From Octopus sinensis (Eukaryota): a stretch of DNA of 64,000 nt. A program made the translations under genes and the position numbers. Location of the stretch: the NCBI RefSeq assembly GCF_006345805.1, contig NC_043003.1, positions 80,042,001 to 80,106,000 on the forward strand. The letters run 5' to 3'. This document shows, in pieces, positions 25,897-36,675 of the stretch (its first letter is position 1; each line of letters opens with the position of its first letter). The notes below the pieces were generated by a model, which saw nothing but the letters and a program-made list of their open reading frames with translations, was not told where the DNA came from and ran no database searches.

Positions 25897-27400
25897 GGGA
25901 ATCTTTATGAAAATAAACAAAAGACGAAGGCAGGTGGAATACAAACAAACAATTGTATTAGTATGGCGCTCAGGAATATAAATAAACCAAGTCTTTTACG
26001 TTTCGAGCCTACGCGCTTCAACAGAAAGATACACAGAAAAGAAACACAGAAAGAAACAAGGAGAGAAAAAAATGCGTGCAGAGGCTAGCGAATCAACATA
26101 TATATATACATTTATATATTCGCTTTGCAAGATTCTCGATGTGAATTCGTGAGTTGAAACAGATATTGTATTTGGAGATGGACACGTTGCCAGTTTAGCC
26201 AATAAAAATACATGCACTATATTGGTGTTTCGTTGCTTCAGCTTTATTTTGTATTAATTGTATTTCGGCCAGGGTTCTTTCGTGACACTTCTGTGACCTA
26301 TTCAGTGGTCCTTTGCTTTCTTCTTTCTTTTGTGTGTCTCTCCTGACTAATCATCTGCCATTTGTATTCCTATTGTATGTGTCTTTATTTGCCTATGCGT
26401 ATATCCCTGTGTGTCTCTATGTTTAGTGTGTGTGTGGGAATGCGCCTGCATTATCAGTATCCCCTGTTTATACACTTTCGTTTAATTTACTTTTATTTAT
26501 TTTATTCCTTTGTTCATATCCACTTACTTTTTCGTTTCTATCTATTTTTGTATTTAATATATTTTGTTAGTATAGTCATTTAATTCCATTCATTTATCTG
26601 TGTATTGTATTATATTCTTATTATTATCAATTTATGGGGATATTATTCTGTCATAGATTGTGGTGTGCTGGGGATATGTGCTAGTGTTCCATTCTAGTTT
26701 CCTATTCAGGCTAGGTTTATTTTCTATTATGAGTGTAGCTTCCGTAATTTGTCTAAGCGATGCGTCTGTTCTATGTGTGGATTTTAACTCCTATATTATT
26801 GAGTTAGACCCTGTGTTTCTGCTCAGCGTGCTGGTACAGAACCGATGAGCTCCTCTCTTTCTTAAGTTCGCTCCAATGCTCATTTACACGATCTCCTATG
26901 CTCCGCGTTGTCTCTCCTACGTACGTCGTTGTATTGTTACTGCAGCGTCTCTCTGTAATCTTATACTGTAGACCACATGTTTAGATTTACAGTTTGTTTG
27001 TGGGCTCAATCTTCATACAATTTAGGTCCTATCAGTACAGGTGGTGCTATTAGTAGGGATTTGATAGGGCTGCCTGGCCTTTCTACAACTTTAATTCTTA
27101 GCTTAAGTTCGTCTAGGGCCCTTCTAAAGCGATACTCCTGTTCACATCTAAGGGCGGTGTCGACGAACATGACACTCTGGTATTTGTGGCTATCATACCA
27201 TGAGTTGGCCTTCCATATTGTCTTCTTAGTCCTTTCAATAGTGTTCCATGACTTGCTCCTATAGAGTGGGCAAATCCCACTCTTATCGTCACGTATGATA
27301 GTTTCAAATTTCCTCATGACTCCTTTGTATACTCTGATCCTTTCTCTATGGCTGTATCCTGAGAACTGTAGGGTCGCACATACGGGACACATTTCTCATT
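25897..27400 (-). mobile_element. Penelope-like element B: thumb/linker and GIY-YIG endonuclease plus presumed 3' pseudo-LTR
   Basis: ORF 27006-27392 (QFSGYSHRER..PLYRSKSW..VMFVDT..IKVVERPG). Across a frameshift it continues KSKHVVYSI..C...YVGETTRSIGDRVNEHWSELKK..LRQITEATLIIENKPSLN (GIY-YIG) to about 26690. The downstream noncoding part holds an HHR motif. Confidence 0.85.
25992..26029 (-). ncRNA. Degenerate minimal type I hammerhead motif in the PLE-B pLTR
   Basis: TCTTT | CTGTTGA | A | GCGC-GTAG-GCTC | GAAAC-GT-A | AAAGA. Stem I is 5 bp, stem III is palindromic ACGU, the triplet is GUA. A6 is changed to U and stem II has one mismatch. Confidence 0.6.
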
Positions 27401-27519
27401 ACTCTGATGAAGTCTGCCATCAATATATTGAATTTGGCATAGCTGAGTTCTGGTGGATCAGGTAATTGGAGGCCATAGGTTTGGCATAGTGTGAACGAAG
27501 GATTTGGGTTTTATTATTG

Positions 27520-27606
27520 ACAGTGTGAGCCCGAGGCTATATCAGAGGATACCTGCCCAAGGTTCTACACAGAGAGTTTGGACCCGGAACCATGTGGTTG
27601 GGAAGC
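27520..27606 (-). mobile_element. 5' fragment of SINE family B
   Basis: cccgaggctata..gagga.acctgcccaagg..ccggaaccatgtggttgggaagcaa matches the head of the 47-kb copy. Confidence 0.65.
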
Positions 27607-27876
27607 AATGTATATGTACATACATACATACTTTTTTCTTCAATTTTCTATCACGGAACAGTTCTCCATATATATATAGTATGCTTTGGTAACAGAGTTA
27701 ACTAAATTATCTTCTGTACAACGATACGACCTACGTCTACATGGTTAGTCTGAACCGAGTAATAACAATGCACCATACTTAATAGATGCATATAGTCCTC
27801 TCTCATCAACTTTATACAGATATGCACCACCTTATTTATGCATTCATATATTTATGGACACACACACATGTATGCA

Positions 27877-28223
<347 letters not shown>

Positions 28224-28918
28224 TATATATATGTGTGTATGTGTGTGTATACATTTATATGTATACGTGTATGTGCGTTTGATTTCATCTATTATATTTC
28301 TAACTTATTATTTGTACTGTCTTTACCTTACGGTCATATGTACCAACATCACAAGAATCCGATTTCAAGATGCATGCGCTATACGCAGTTATTTCTTAAC
28401 GACATTATATATGCATAGCGAACGACACCCATATCCGCTCAAAACCACAAAACTAACTACTAAACAACCAGCAAAGAAAGTAAAGAGAGAAGAAATATTA
28501 GCAACGAAACTTACAAATAAGTAGACGATCGTCTAAGTGTCAATTTAGAACTATACAGTAGATTCGTTTACCTGAATGTTCAACTTAAATGGAAAGAGAA
28601 GATAGAGAAAAAAAGAGAAGCCCTGAGGTCTGTAAGAACTTACTAGTAACTAAATTTGAATAGCTACAGTAGACGTGTACAGGTAACCAGGTCGAAGAAG
28701 GGCAACGGAAAATTTAATACCTTATATGTTAAACAGTGAATGAATATAAACGTTTTTGTGTTCATAACTCCTTGAAATACGCCTCCGCTATTTATGTAAA
28801 TCCTAAACATACACACATGCAGACATGTATATATATATATGTATACACTTCTGTAGGTATTTGTGTGTGTATGTGTGTGTATCCGTACTTGCATACATAC
28901 GCACATGTTGCACATACG

Positions 28919-28983
<65 letters not shown>

Positions 28984-29117
28984 CCAGAGTAAGCACATAC
29001 ATGTGAAACAAGGTGGAAACAAAGTGTACTCAAATACCAGAGGTATGCTTTATTTAAAAGCAACAGAAATATAACAAAAGCTGTTACTCAGAGTTTCACG
29101 TTCCCGTTCCTCAAGAA

Positions 29118-29155
29118 CTGTCCGACGAACGGGAACGTGAAACTCTGAGTAACAG
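29118..29155 (+). ncRNA. Minimal type I hammerhead motif HHR-a (U4C variant); second copy at 29585-29622
   Basis: CTGT | CCGACGA | ACG-GGAA-CGT | GAAAC-TCTGA-GT-A | ACAG. All three stems pair and the triplet is GUA. Confidence 0.65.
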
Positions 29156-29344
29156 CTTTTGTTACATTTCTGCTGATTTTAAATATAGTATATATATATA
29201 TATTATATATATATATATATATATAGTGCAAACAAGGGAGTCAGAGAAAGGCAGAATGCTACTTATATCTGAACACTACTACAGAAATATTCTTTCAAAA
29301 AAACTTTTCTTCTAATTTTTCTAAATTTAATTATTTAATCGTTA

Positions 29345-29382
29345 CAGTTGAAAAGGTCTCAAAATGACCGAAACCGGTACTG
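29345..29382 (+). ncRNA. Minimal type I hammerhead motif HHR-b (compensatory U3-A8 core); second copy at 29812-29849
   Basis: CAG | TTGAAAA | GGTC-TCAAAAT-GACC | GAAAC-CG-GT-A | CTG. Stem III is palindromic ACCGGT and the triplet is GUA. Confidence 0.7.
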
Positions 29383-29898
29383 AAAGATTCACTATAAAAT
29401 TATCTTACCATTTTCTATTTTTGACTTGTTTTTTCATATATATATATATACCAGAGTAAGCACATACATGTGAAACAAGGTGGAAACAAAGTGTACTCAA
29501 ATACCAGAGGTATGCTTTATTTAAAAGCAACAGAAATATAACAAAAGCTGTTACTCAGAGTTTCACGTTCCCGTTCCTCAAGAACTGTCCGACGAACGGG
29601 AACGTGAAACTCTGAGTAACAGCTTTTGTTACATTTCTGCTGATTTTAAATATAGTATATATATATATATATATAATATATATATATATATAGTGCAAAC
29701 AAGGGAGTCAGAGAAAGGCAGAATGCTACTTATATCTGAACACTACTACAGAAATATTCTTTCAAAAAAACTTTTCTTCTAATTTTTCTAAATTTAATTA
29801 TTTAATCGTTACAGTTGAAAAGGTCTCAAAATGACCGAAACCGGTACTGAAAGATTCACTATAAAATTATCTTACCATTTTCTATTTTTGACTTGTTT

Positions 29899-29937
<39 letters not shown>

Positions 29938-30207
29938 CATATCTATCTATATACATGCACACACACACACATACACGCACAAGAGAGGGATATGAGTGAA
30001 ATCAACTGAAGTATTTAGTATCATGAATTCAAAAGTGAATTATGAAGAAAGCCGTATTAAACACTGCACAAGATATGTAGTTTTTATTGACACAATCTCC
30101 ATTTTGAATCACTGTCAATTTGTGAATCAGCACAAATTGCCAGTGACTCAAACTGAGAAGGGGACATAATATTAAGGAATAAAACATCTAATATTTATAT
30201 CAATCTA

Positions 30208-30272
<65 letters not shown>

Positions 30273-31049
30273 ATATCTATCTATCTGTGAATATATGCTG
30301 TTTATCAATTTGTAATCATGTGTGTATGAGTATGTATATATATGTATCCGCACATCTGTACATACACAGAAGCATACGCCCACACATATTTAACCGCATG
30401 CATCTCTATGCGTATCCGTATATGTTTGCGTAAGTGTGCGCGTGTGTAGGCATGTTTGCGCGGTAAATATGCCGTCTTAGTTTTATGTGGTATTTTTGAC
30501 GTCTATTCTGTTTTGTTTATTTGTTTATTTTATTTATCTAGGCAATCATAGCATCCACTTCTTGTGCACTCTCAGTGATTAAATATCACGCTTAGAACTA
30601 AAATTGTACTTACTACTTTCATGTATGCCTCCCTCCAACTCCCTTTCTGTCTCTGTTTGTGTCTCTACTACTCCTCCCACCTCTCTCATCATACTACTGC
30701 AATAGAATGGATATGCGATACCGGAGTTACTCGATAACTTTTAAACTGTAGCCGCTTTTCGTTGGATTTTTCATGGATGATATAGTCGGATTAAGTTCAG
30801 TTACATAGATAAATGAAAAAATATATTTATTAATTTATATCAGTAAATATATATCTATCGTAATATTACAATCATAGTATAAAATATGTCACTTTAAGGG
30901 AAGTAACACAAAGTAAGTATGGTGGTTGGCTTGGTTGTAGCGACGTTAAGGCCAATATGCGAAATTTTTAAAGTGCAGAACTGCCTAAGGAATGATAGCA
31001 TATCAAGCATATTTGGGCTTTCATGAAAATTCCGCTCTCTTGTCATTCA

Positions 31050-31600
31050 CTTGGTCTAACTCGTTAATTATTCTCTGCATTTCTCAAATCAAAAAAGCGT
31101 GCACGTTTGAAAGCCCAAACACATGATAACGCGTCTTCGCAAAATACAAAAATGCGCTGAGTCATACAGACTGTCTGCAAATGCGCACGTGCATTCAACT
31201 GCCAAGGGTAAAATTACCTCCATCCAATCAAAAAACAGCTGGCAGTCTATTGGCGTATCTGAAGAAATCCGGCTGCTCCGCGTAAACTGCAACTTGTCTA
31301 CAGACACCACCCTCACTGTCACTCATATCCAGGACTACCAACTTACCCTCCAGTTCCAGGAAGATGGTTCAAACTTCGAGGTCCAGGCCTTTACTAAAGA
31401 GCATTGTCACGTCACCTCCCATTGCGGGCCGACTCTGAGATGCGTAGATCTCATAATCGTCGAAAATGGGTGCAAGAGTGTTTGTGTCGGAAATCTTGGT
31501 CTCACTGGCTGCTACCACATCCAAACCTAGCGACCTGAGGTCCTTGAGCAAGCGACCAACTTCCAGTGTGACCACAGGCAGCTAATACTTATGCAGCCCC
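31050..31600 (-). mobile_element. L1/Tx1-clade apurinic-type endonuclease remnant
   Basis: ORF 31369-31575 (LGLDVVAASETKI..GGDVTMLF) continues past a stop as IFLELEGKLVVLDM..VAVYA..FF...GGNF, matching the SET, GRLVVLD, VYAP and GDFN motifs. Confidence 0.75.
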
Positions 31601-32299
31601 CCTTGACAAGGGGTTGAGGAAAAGAAAAAAGAGCACGTCACCATTCAAGTTATCGACGACAAGCGCTAATCATGGAGATGTTGGTAGACTGCTAAACCGG
31701 TCCGGATCTAGTCCGGATCTGGTCATGTTTCATCGTGCAGAAACTCCCTCTGAATTTCTTTGTAAAGTTTGAGTGCGAGCTAAATTACTATTAAGTTATC
31801 CTGAACCCTAAGGGTGGTGGTGTCGTAAATTGCACCCTCTCTCTCAATCATCTTGTTGGCTCTCCTCACAAACACATAATTGGGTGTTTCTGTATTGGTT
31901 GCTGTGAACATTCTTTTGGGGATACGTGTGGTTTTGAGTGCATTGGCGGATTTGGTTGGCTCTTGATCAATTCTTCAATGACAAACACGAATGTTACGTT
32001 GTCAGAGTTAGGGCGCGTACACTGAGATAAGAGGTGACGAAAGCCGTTCGATAAGCCAGGTGGAAGAGGCGCTACAGGGAAACAAAGTAACTATTTGGTC
32101 TTTGGTGAGCTGTGATGATCGCATGGTACCGGTGTTGTATTTGCATTGTATTTGCTGTTTGTATGCTCGATGAGCTGGAGATTGCTGTGTTTTAAGGTGC
32201 TGGTGTACTTTCATCTGGTTTCTTTTTCTTTTGTCTTTTACGTTTTGCAGTCGATGAAATAAGTGGTAGTAGTACCAATAATTGTCGGAGCCCTGAGTA

Positions 32300-32490
32300 T
32301 ACATCTTGAGAAGTTCATGGAACAAATATGGGCTGCAATAACGGTGGAGCACTTTCAGAAAACAGCACTACTTGGAACCGCTCGAATACTCCGGTTGGAT
32401 GTTACCTTAGTTCACTGGTAATGAATAGCTGGCACCGTAGTACATCTCCAGCGTTCGAGGCTGTGCTAAGACAATAAATAATAACAATTA
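32300..32490 (+). mobile_element. Short 3' end of the same R4/Dong-type LINE as 4765-5960
   Basis: gggctgcaata..tttcagaaaa.agcact..ctc.gaatactccgg..agttcactggt..cagcgtt.ga.gctgtgc.aagacaataaataat aligns with 5770-5955. Confidence 0.85.
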
Positions 32491-32494
32491 TAAG

Positions 32495-32836
32495 TTTATT
32501 GTGTCTGGGGAATGTCACTCTCTTTTAGTTCCTTATTACTTAACACACTCACCGGTTCGATTTCCACTCATTTACTTATTTACATTTCTAAAATTTCCGT
32601 TGCATCTTGCAATCTCTTTAATAGTCGTTGGCTTCAAGAGTGAACCGCTATTGATGAGGTTGCAAGTCACAACAAGCATTTTAGAAAAAATATATAAGTA
32701 AATGAGTGGAAATCGAACCGATGAATATGTTAAGTAATATAACTCTAAAAGAGAATGACTCTCCTGAGACAATAAAATATGCTTCAACACACGAATCCAC
32801 ATAAATAATCTTGCAAACCAAATACAAAAACGAAAT
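32495..32836. mobile_element. Fold-back pLTR pair, same family as 22758-23081, with a decayed hammerhead (TTGATGA core at 32651)
   Basis: 32495-32624 is inverted relative to 32648-32776, with a 23-nt spacer. The right arm continues to ...aaaaacgaaat, the same terminus that extends the left arm at 22758. Confidence 0.7.
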
Positions 32837-32859
32837 CATAATAACAATAATAATAATAA

Positions 32860-33034
32860 CAACAATAACAACAACAATAATAATAATTATTATTATTATA
32901 AGAAGGAGGAGGAGGAATAAGTGAGGAAGAAATATGATGCTTTCTTTTAATTACTTTTTAATTTACTATTGCTGCTGCTGCTACAACAACACCAACAACA
33001 ACAACAACTACTACTACTACTGCTACTACTACTG

Positions 33035-33100
<66 letters not shown>

Positions 33101-33125
33101 TACTACTACTACTACTACTACTACA
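32860..33125 (+). repeat. Compound AAT/ACA/GCT/(TAC)n trinucleotide array
   Basis: Seen directly. Confidence 0.95.
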
Positions 33126-33944
33126 AGAGCTAATTATACTATCAGTAGAAACAATGGTAATTTACTATTTACCGATAGTGCAAATAGGCCGAGTATAATG
33201 AATAAACGTGAATGTCTAGCATGCAGAAAACTAACATAATTTTGAAGAATGATATATCCTCTGAAAATACCTTTCTGTTTGTAAATATTTTGATTTCAAT
33301 AATGCATTCGAAAAACATGTCTTCCTTAAAAAGATATTGAAGCGAAAGTGAAAATAAAACATATATTTAAAAAAAAAAATGAAACAAAATATAAATGTAA
33401 AATACGTTAATTATACCTTACTCGAAAAATAACAAGAGAACGTTTTAAACAACGAAAATATCTCTTCGTGAATTCCACAGTTTATCATCCTACCTCTACT
33501 AACCTTCACCAAACAAGTCTGTCGGCTTCATCTAAACACATAATAATTTACTGATTTACATTACTTTAACCTTTAGTTTTAGCTCATCTGTGTAGAATTA
33601 CACAATTTTCTCTTAAGAATGCAACATCGACATTCAAATTAGGAACTGCATGTGTCACGTAACTGGTAATCTGTAATGTGGTGAAGAGATAGCTAAAGTA
33701 TAATTTACTAATACCGACACTCTTCATCATACTGATTCGAGCCATTGTTGTAATACACCGTTGGACGGTGGAGAAGTTGGGTACGGTAGAGTTAATTTCT
33801 TATCATTAGTCATAATTTACAATGGCAGGTGAATATTTTCGGGGGTCTCGGTGCGTGCAAATATTCATAATATTCATCATGCTTCAGCATATATAGCTAT
33901 GAACAGACTATGTGAATGCAACTAAATATGTAAATGTAAAAGCA

Positions 33945-33977
33945 ATATATATATATTAGATATATATCCTATATACA

Positions 33978-34050
<73 letters not shown>

Positions 34051-34061
34051 TATATATATAT

Positions 34062-34103
<42 letters not shown>

Positions 34104-34466
34104 TATATACATACAAATATAAATATATATATATATATATAGATGTGTATATATATATATGTATATATATATATAGCTATATATGCACATATACATGTAT
34201 ACACAAATGTATACATACGTGCGTATACATTTATATATGCGTTGTAACATACAAATACATATATAAACATTGCACCATATTCAAATTCTAATGGTGCAGT
34301 CAAAATCAGAAATTAATGGAAATATGTATAGGTATATACTTCTTATGTTAGAATATATATATTCAAACATACACGCGCGCGCACACGCAATATCGTACAG
34401 AGATATATATTCACTTGTAATTAAATGTATAACTATACGTGTGTGTGTTTGTATATATATGTAGTG

Positions 34467-34505
<39 letters not shown>

Positions 34506-34542
34506 GTGTGTGTGTGTGTGTGTGTGTGTATATGCACACACA

Positions 34543-34578
<36 letters not shown>

Positions 34579-34580
34579 CA
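33945..34580. repeat. Long interrupted (TA)n/(TG)n/(CA)n tract
   Basis: Seen directly. Confidence 0.95.
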
Positions 34581-34727
34581 TCCACACATACATATATAAA
34601 CACTTGTATAGATTTACTGTTAAACATTACTCTATGTTTAAATAATGGTGCTTGCTATAAACAGGAATAAATGGAACCGTATATAGATACGTTATTAATG
34701 CATATAATAGTAATAATGATAATAATG

Positions 34728-35378
34728 ATCCTATCTACTATCTGGCAAATGCCCTAAAATTTGGAGGAGGAGCATTGTTGATTACATTGTCCTCAGTACT
34801 ACACTGGTACTTATTTCATCGTCCCCGAAAGGATAAGAGGCAATGCTGGCCTCAGCGGAATTTGAACTCAGCGAACAGCGAAATGCCGCTTAGCATTTCG
34901 TCCAACGCAATAAAGATTCTCTCGGCTCGCTGCCTTAAAAATAATAATCCTTTCAAATATAAGCACAAGATCTGAAATCAGCAGGGAGTGGGAGGTAACA
35001 CATTACATCGACACTAGTACCTAACTTGTACTTAATTCATCGAAAGACAAAGTCGACATCGGCGGAATTTGATCTCAGAACGTAAATTCGGACGAAATGC
35101 CACTAAGAATTTTGTTCGCAGTGCTAATGATTCTGCCAGGTACCCACCTTAATGATAGTAATAATAATACTTTCTACAATAGGCACAAGGTCTGAAATTT
35201 GGGGGTGGGGACTAGTTGTTTATACTGCCGCCAGTACTTGACTGGTACTCACTTTACCGACCCCGAAGGGATGAACGGCAAAGTCGACCTCGGCAGAATT
35301 TGAACACAACGTAGCAGCAGACGAAATATCATTCTGCATTTCGCCTGGCATGCTAATGCTTCTGCCACTTCACCGTCC
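34728..35378 (-). mobile_element. Three head-to-tail copies of SINE family C (about 34728-34935, 34947-35150, 35168-35378)
   Basis: Each contains ctggtactta...ccgaa.ggat..a.gcaa..tcgac.tcggcggaatttga.ctcagaacg and ends in an AAT-type spacer. Confidence 0.85.
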
Positions 35379-35449
35379 CAATAATGACAACAACAACATC
35401 ATCAATAATAATAATAAAAATAGTAATAATAGGGAGGAAATAATAGTAA

Positions 35450-36675
35450 TAATAGGGAAGGAAAAAATATCCATTGAAGAGCCCACTGCCTTAGAAGAAG
35501 TTGAAAATCTCTGGAAAAATATCTGGAGTGAAGAGAAGACTTACAATGAAATTGCAGACTGGATTAGACGCCCAGAAGGATCCTACCAAAACTTATCAGA
35601 AGAAGCATAGAAAGACAACAGACCCAAGTATAACACTCACGAAGGCTCATAATTGGAAATTTCCTGATAATAATAGGGTGCCAAATTCCTGGTTCGCCTC
35701 GCTCCCATGCGCACAAGAAAAGTTAGTCTACTTATTCAATGAGATTATGAGAGATCATACGAAAACATCTGTTTGATTAGCAAGAGGTATTACTTATCTA
35801 CTCCCGAAAATCAAATTTCCCCAAACCTATCGGCCCATAACTTGTCTATCTACCTGGTATAAAATTCTAATAGCCATCCCCGTGGAGAAAACATATAAAT
35901 TTATGGAACAGATTGATATTTTACCCACTGAAGATAAAGAGTTCCAACGCGGCTCGCATGGATACAATGACCAACTTTTAATCATGATCCTTGAGAACTC
36001 TCATAAACGCAAACAGCTCAGTTCCCATGGATTGATTATAAAAAGACCTTCGACACTATACCGCGTTCATGGATCTTGAAATCGCTGGATATCTTCAAAA
36101 TTTCTCCTATGATTTCAAACTTCCTGAAGCACAACATGTCAGTGTGGAATACGAATCTCCAGTTATACCACGCTAATGGGGTACTGGCCACAAAAAAGAT
36201 TAATATTAACTTCAGCATTTTCCAAGGTGACTCACTTTCACCTTTAATTTTCTGCATAGCGTTAATACATTTTACAAGTGAACTTGAGAAAATAGGATAT
36301 GTTTATAAAATTGACGACAAGAAAATAAGTCATCAATCTTGTATGGATGGCTTAAAACTCTATGGTAAAGACGATAATGAGCTTAAAGGACTATATCGTA
36401 CTGTGAAAACATTCAGTGATGACACTGGGATGGAATTTGGTCTTGATAAATGTGCCAAGGCCACTTTCCAGAAAGGGAAACTGAGAACCTCACATTTGGT
36501 GGTGCTGGATGTTGACGCAGTCATAAAATAATTCGAGCAGGAACAAACTTAGAAATACCTCGGAATAAATGAGGTCTCTGGCATTCAGCATGCAAGTATG
36601 AAAGACAAGATCAGGAAGGAGTGTTACAGGAATGTTTGAGCAGTCCTCAAATCCTAGTTAAATGTACCTAACAAG
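35450..36675 (+). mobile_element. R4/Dong-clade reverse transcriptase remnant, cut off at its 3' side by a PLE insertion
   Basis: VENLWKNIWS, GITYLLPK..YRPITCLST.YKIL, QRGSHGYNDQL, IFQGDSLSPLIFCIAL, MDGLKLYGK (YMDD site), GMEFGLDKCAK, KYLG. Preceded by (AAT)-rich sequence. Confidence 0.9.

Larger units (their letters stand above)
28984..29902 (+). repeat. Direct tandem duplication, period 467 bp, bounded by (TA)n; each unit is a composite of two pLTR-like pieces with hammerheads
   Basis: Unit 1 starts CCAGAGTAAG at 28984 and unit 2 at 29451. By eye the units are identical except for the position of the interruption in the internal 37-nt TA tract. Confidence 0.95.

Noticed and set aside
27403-27440. 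CTGATGA next to the PLE-B 5' end (also chance hits at 17984, 46333, 53247 and 63156)
   Set aside because: No stem II followed by GAAA, so these are expected chance heptamers.
29052-29184. Hairpin as a miRNA precursor, or its mismatches as fossil A-to-I edits
   Set aside because: The hairpin is explained by an inverted pLTR, and two transitions are too few to infer editing.
28984-29902. CRISPR-like or satellite interpretation of the repeats
   Set aside because: Eukaryotic context, two whole-unit copies and no repeat-spacer structure.
31620-32290. Possible RTE endonuclease (LISVYAP) or Tx1 ORF1 upstream of the APE remnant
   Set aside because: A single short motif; the downstream GDFN context is absent.
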